A stretch of 64,000 bases of DNA from Antechinus flavipes (taxonomy: Eukaryota): positions 555,024,001 to 555,088,000 of the forward strand of contig NC_067400.1 of the NCBI RefSeq assembly GCF_016432865.1. Reading direction: 5' to 3'. How positions within the stretch are numbered: the first letter of the stretch is position 1; every line of letters starts with the position of its first letter. The position numbers and the translations under genes were made by a program. Under the pieces are notes generated by a model. The model made no database searches and was not told where the DNA came from. It saw only the letters and a program-made list of their open reading frames with translations. Of this stretch, positions 62,601 to 64,000 are shown in pieces.

Positions 62601-63539
62601 ATGTCAGACCTCAATACCTCTGAGGTTAAGCTCTTTTTCTTGATTGGGATTCCAGGGTTGGAACATATCCACGTATGGATTTCTATTCCTATCTGCCTTG
62701 TGTATTTGATTGCCATCCTAGGAAACTGCACTATCTTGCTTGTGATTAAGACAGAAACTTCTCTTCATGAGCCCATGTATTATTTCCTCTCTATGTTGGC
62801 CATCTCTGACCTGGGTCTTTCCCTCTCCTCCTTACCTACTATGCTGAGAATCTTCTTGTTCAATGCACCAGGAATCTCCCCTGATGCCTGCTTTACTCAA
62901 GAATTCTTCATCCATGGCTTCACTGTTATGGAATCATCCGTGCTTCTGATCATGTCCTTTGATCGTTTCATAGCCATTCACAACCCCCTGAGATACAGCT
63001 CTATCTTAACTACTGCTAGAATTTCCAAAATGGGATTGGTCATGGCAATCAGGAGTTTCCTTTTAGTACTTCCATTTCCTTTGACTCTAAAAAGACTAAG
63101 CTATTGTCATAAAAACCTCTTATCCCACTCCTATTGTCTCCATCAAGATGTAATGAAGTTGGCATGTTCTGACAACAGGGTCAATGTTGTTTATGGCTTC
63201 TTTGTTGCCCTCTGTACCATGATGGACCTGGCATGCATTGCTTTGTCCTATTTACTAATCCTAAAGACAGTTCTTGGCATTGCCTCTGTCTCAGAGAGAC
63301 TCAAAGCCTTCAACACCTGTGTCTCTCATATCTGTGCTGTGCTGATCTTCTATGTACCCATCATCACCCTAGCTGCTATGCACCGCTTTGCCAAGCACAA
63401 ATCTCCACTTGTAGTGATCCTTATTGCCAACATCTTCCTGCTGGTACCACCCCTGATGAATCCCATTGTGTACTGTGTGAAAACTCGGCAGATACGAGAC
63501 AAGATCCTAGGAAAATTGTTTTCCATATGTGGTAAATAA
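62601..63539 (+). CDS. OR51A7: Class I olfactory receptor OR51A7-like (312 aa, intact)
   Basis: MSDLNTSEVKLFFLIGIPGLEH...FAKHKSPLVVILIA...KILGKLFSICGK matches human OR51A7 end to end as recalled; acceptor TCATTTTAG (AG at 62567-62568). Confidence 0.93.
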   Translation: MSDLNTSEVKLFFLIGIPGLEHIHVWISIPICLVYLIAILGNCTILLVIKTETSLHEPMYYFLSMLAISDLGLSLSSLPTMLRIFLFNAPGISPDACFTQEFFIHGFTVMESSVLLIMSFDRFIAIHNPLRYSSILTTARISKMGLVMAIRSFLLVLPFPLTLKRLSYCHKNLLSHSYCLHQDVMKLACSDNRVNVVYGFFVALCTMMDLACIALSYLLILKTVLGIASVSERLKAFNTCVSHICAVLIFYVPIITLAAMHRFAKHKSPLVVILIANIFLLVPPLMNPIVYCVKTRQIRDKILGKLFSICGK

Positions 63540-63640
63540 GGGCTTGGTTAAGATTTTTCTCATTTTGATAAACATTTATAAAATCTGGTATAAAGCATTG
63601 AAAAAATACAAAGCTTAGATTAAATATAGTCCCAGATATC

Positions 63641-63774
63641 AACTGACCTTGTTATGCACCTGTATCCTTCAAGGATAACAGATTTCAAGAGCAACAGAAT
63701 GGAACAGTAATTTGCAGGAAAACTGTACTTTCTAAAGTACCTTTGAAGGATACAGGTGCATAACAAGGTCAGTT
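63641..63774. repeat. Perfect 32-bp inverted repeat with 70-bp spacer
   Basis: AACTGACCTTGTTATGCACCTGTATCCTTCAA (63641-63672) and its exact reverse complement (63743-63774). Confidence 0.97.
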
Positions 63775-64000
63775 ATTTCTGTAACATTATTGCTGAAAAA
63801 AGATTTGGTCAATTATTACTGTGACACTAACTATGCAGTAGACACCACCATGAGCTGTCCAGAGTGCCAAAGTAGTAAAAGTTAAGTTGTTCCTTGCCTT
63901 ACATTCTGGATTTCCATTCAATCATATTGTCCCATAAATTTCTGCTGTTTCTAACTTTGTAATCAATTATATTGTTTTTCCCCATCTGTGATGCCACCTT

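Noticed and set aside
1-64000. tRNA, rRNA, snRNA genes, CRISPR arrays or other prokaryotic systems
   Set aside because: None were seen. The tRNA-like A/B boxes belong to CORE-SINE heads, and the window is clearly mammalian.

Overview
AT-rich mammalian genomic DNA from a class I (OR51 family) olfactory receptor cluster. The repeat content (MAR1/WSINE1-type CORE-SINEs, marsupial L1 3' ends, an RTE fragment) points to a marsupial, probably Australidelphian or dasyurid; this is inference. The window holds five intact single-exon OR coding regions: two OR51H1-like paralogs in opposite orientation, one further OR51H-like gene, one OR51A-like gene and an OR51A7-like gene. It also holds two full-length OR pseudogenes (OR51T1-like and OR51H-like) and a duplicated 213-bp OR fragment. 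Much of the non-coding DNA is one OR51H1 upstream module present three times: A 55-6900 and C 9330-14820 in tandem, and B 36800-44720 inverted, with a diverged partial fourth copy at about 51370-52240. The copies show patchy identity that suggests gene conversion. Five solo LTRs of one ERV family are present, most with 6-bp TSDs. The most unusual objects are: (1) a 405-bp LTR-derived element whose two ends are both the U3 end in inverted orientation, flanked by a clean 6-bp TSD; (2) an L1 insertion that looks like a 3' transduction; (3) a 104-bp perfectly identical tract between otherwise diverged OR paralogs; (4) an intact OR lacking the class I carboxylate-binding arginine; (5) a perfect 32-bp inverted repeat just downstream of OR51A7. 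Identity values were counted or estimated by eye. Family names come from recalled sequences and need database confirmation.
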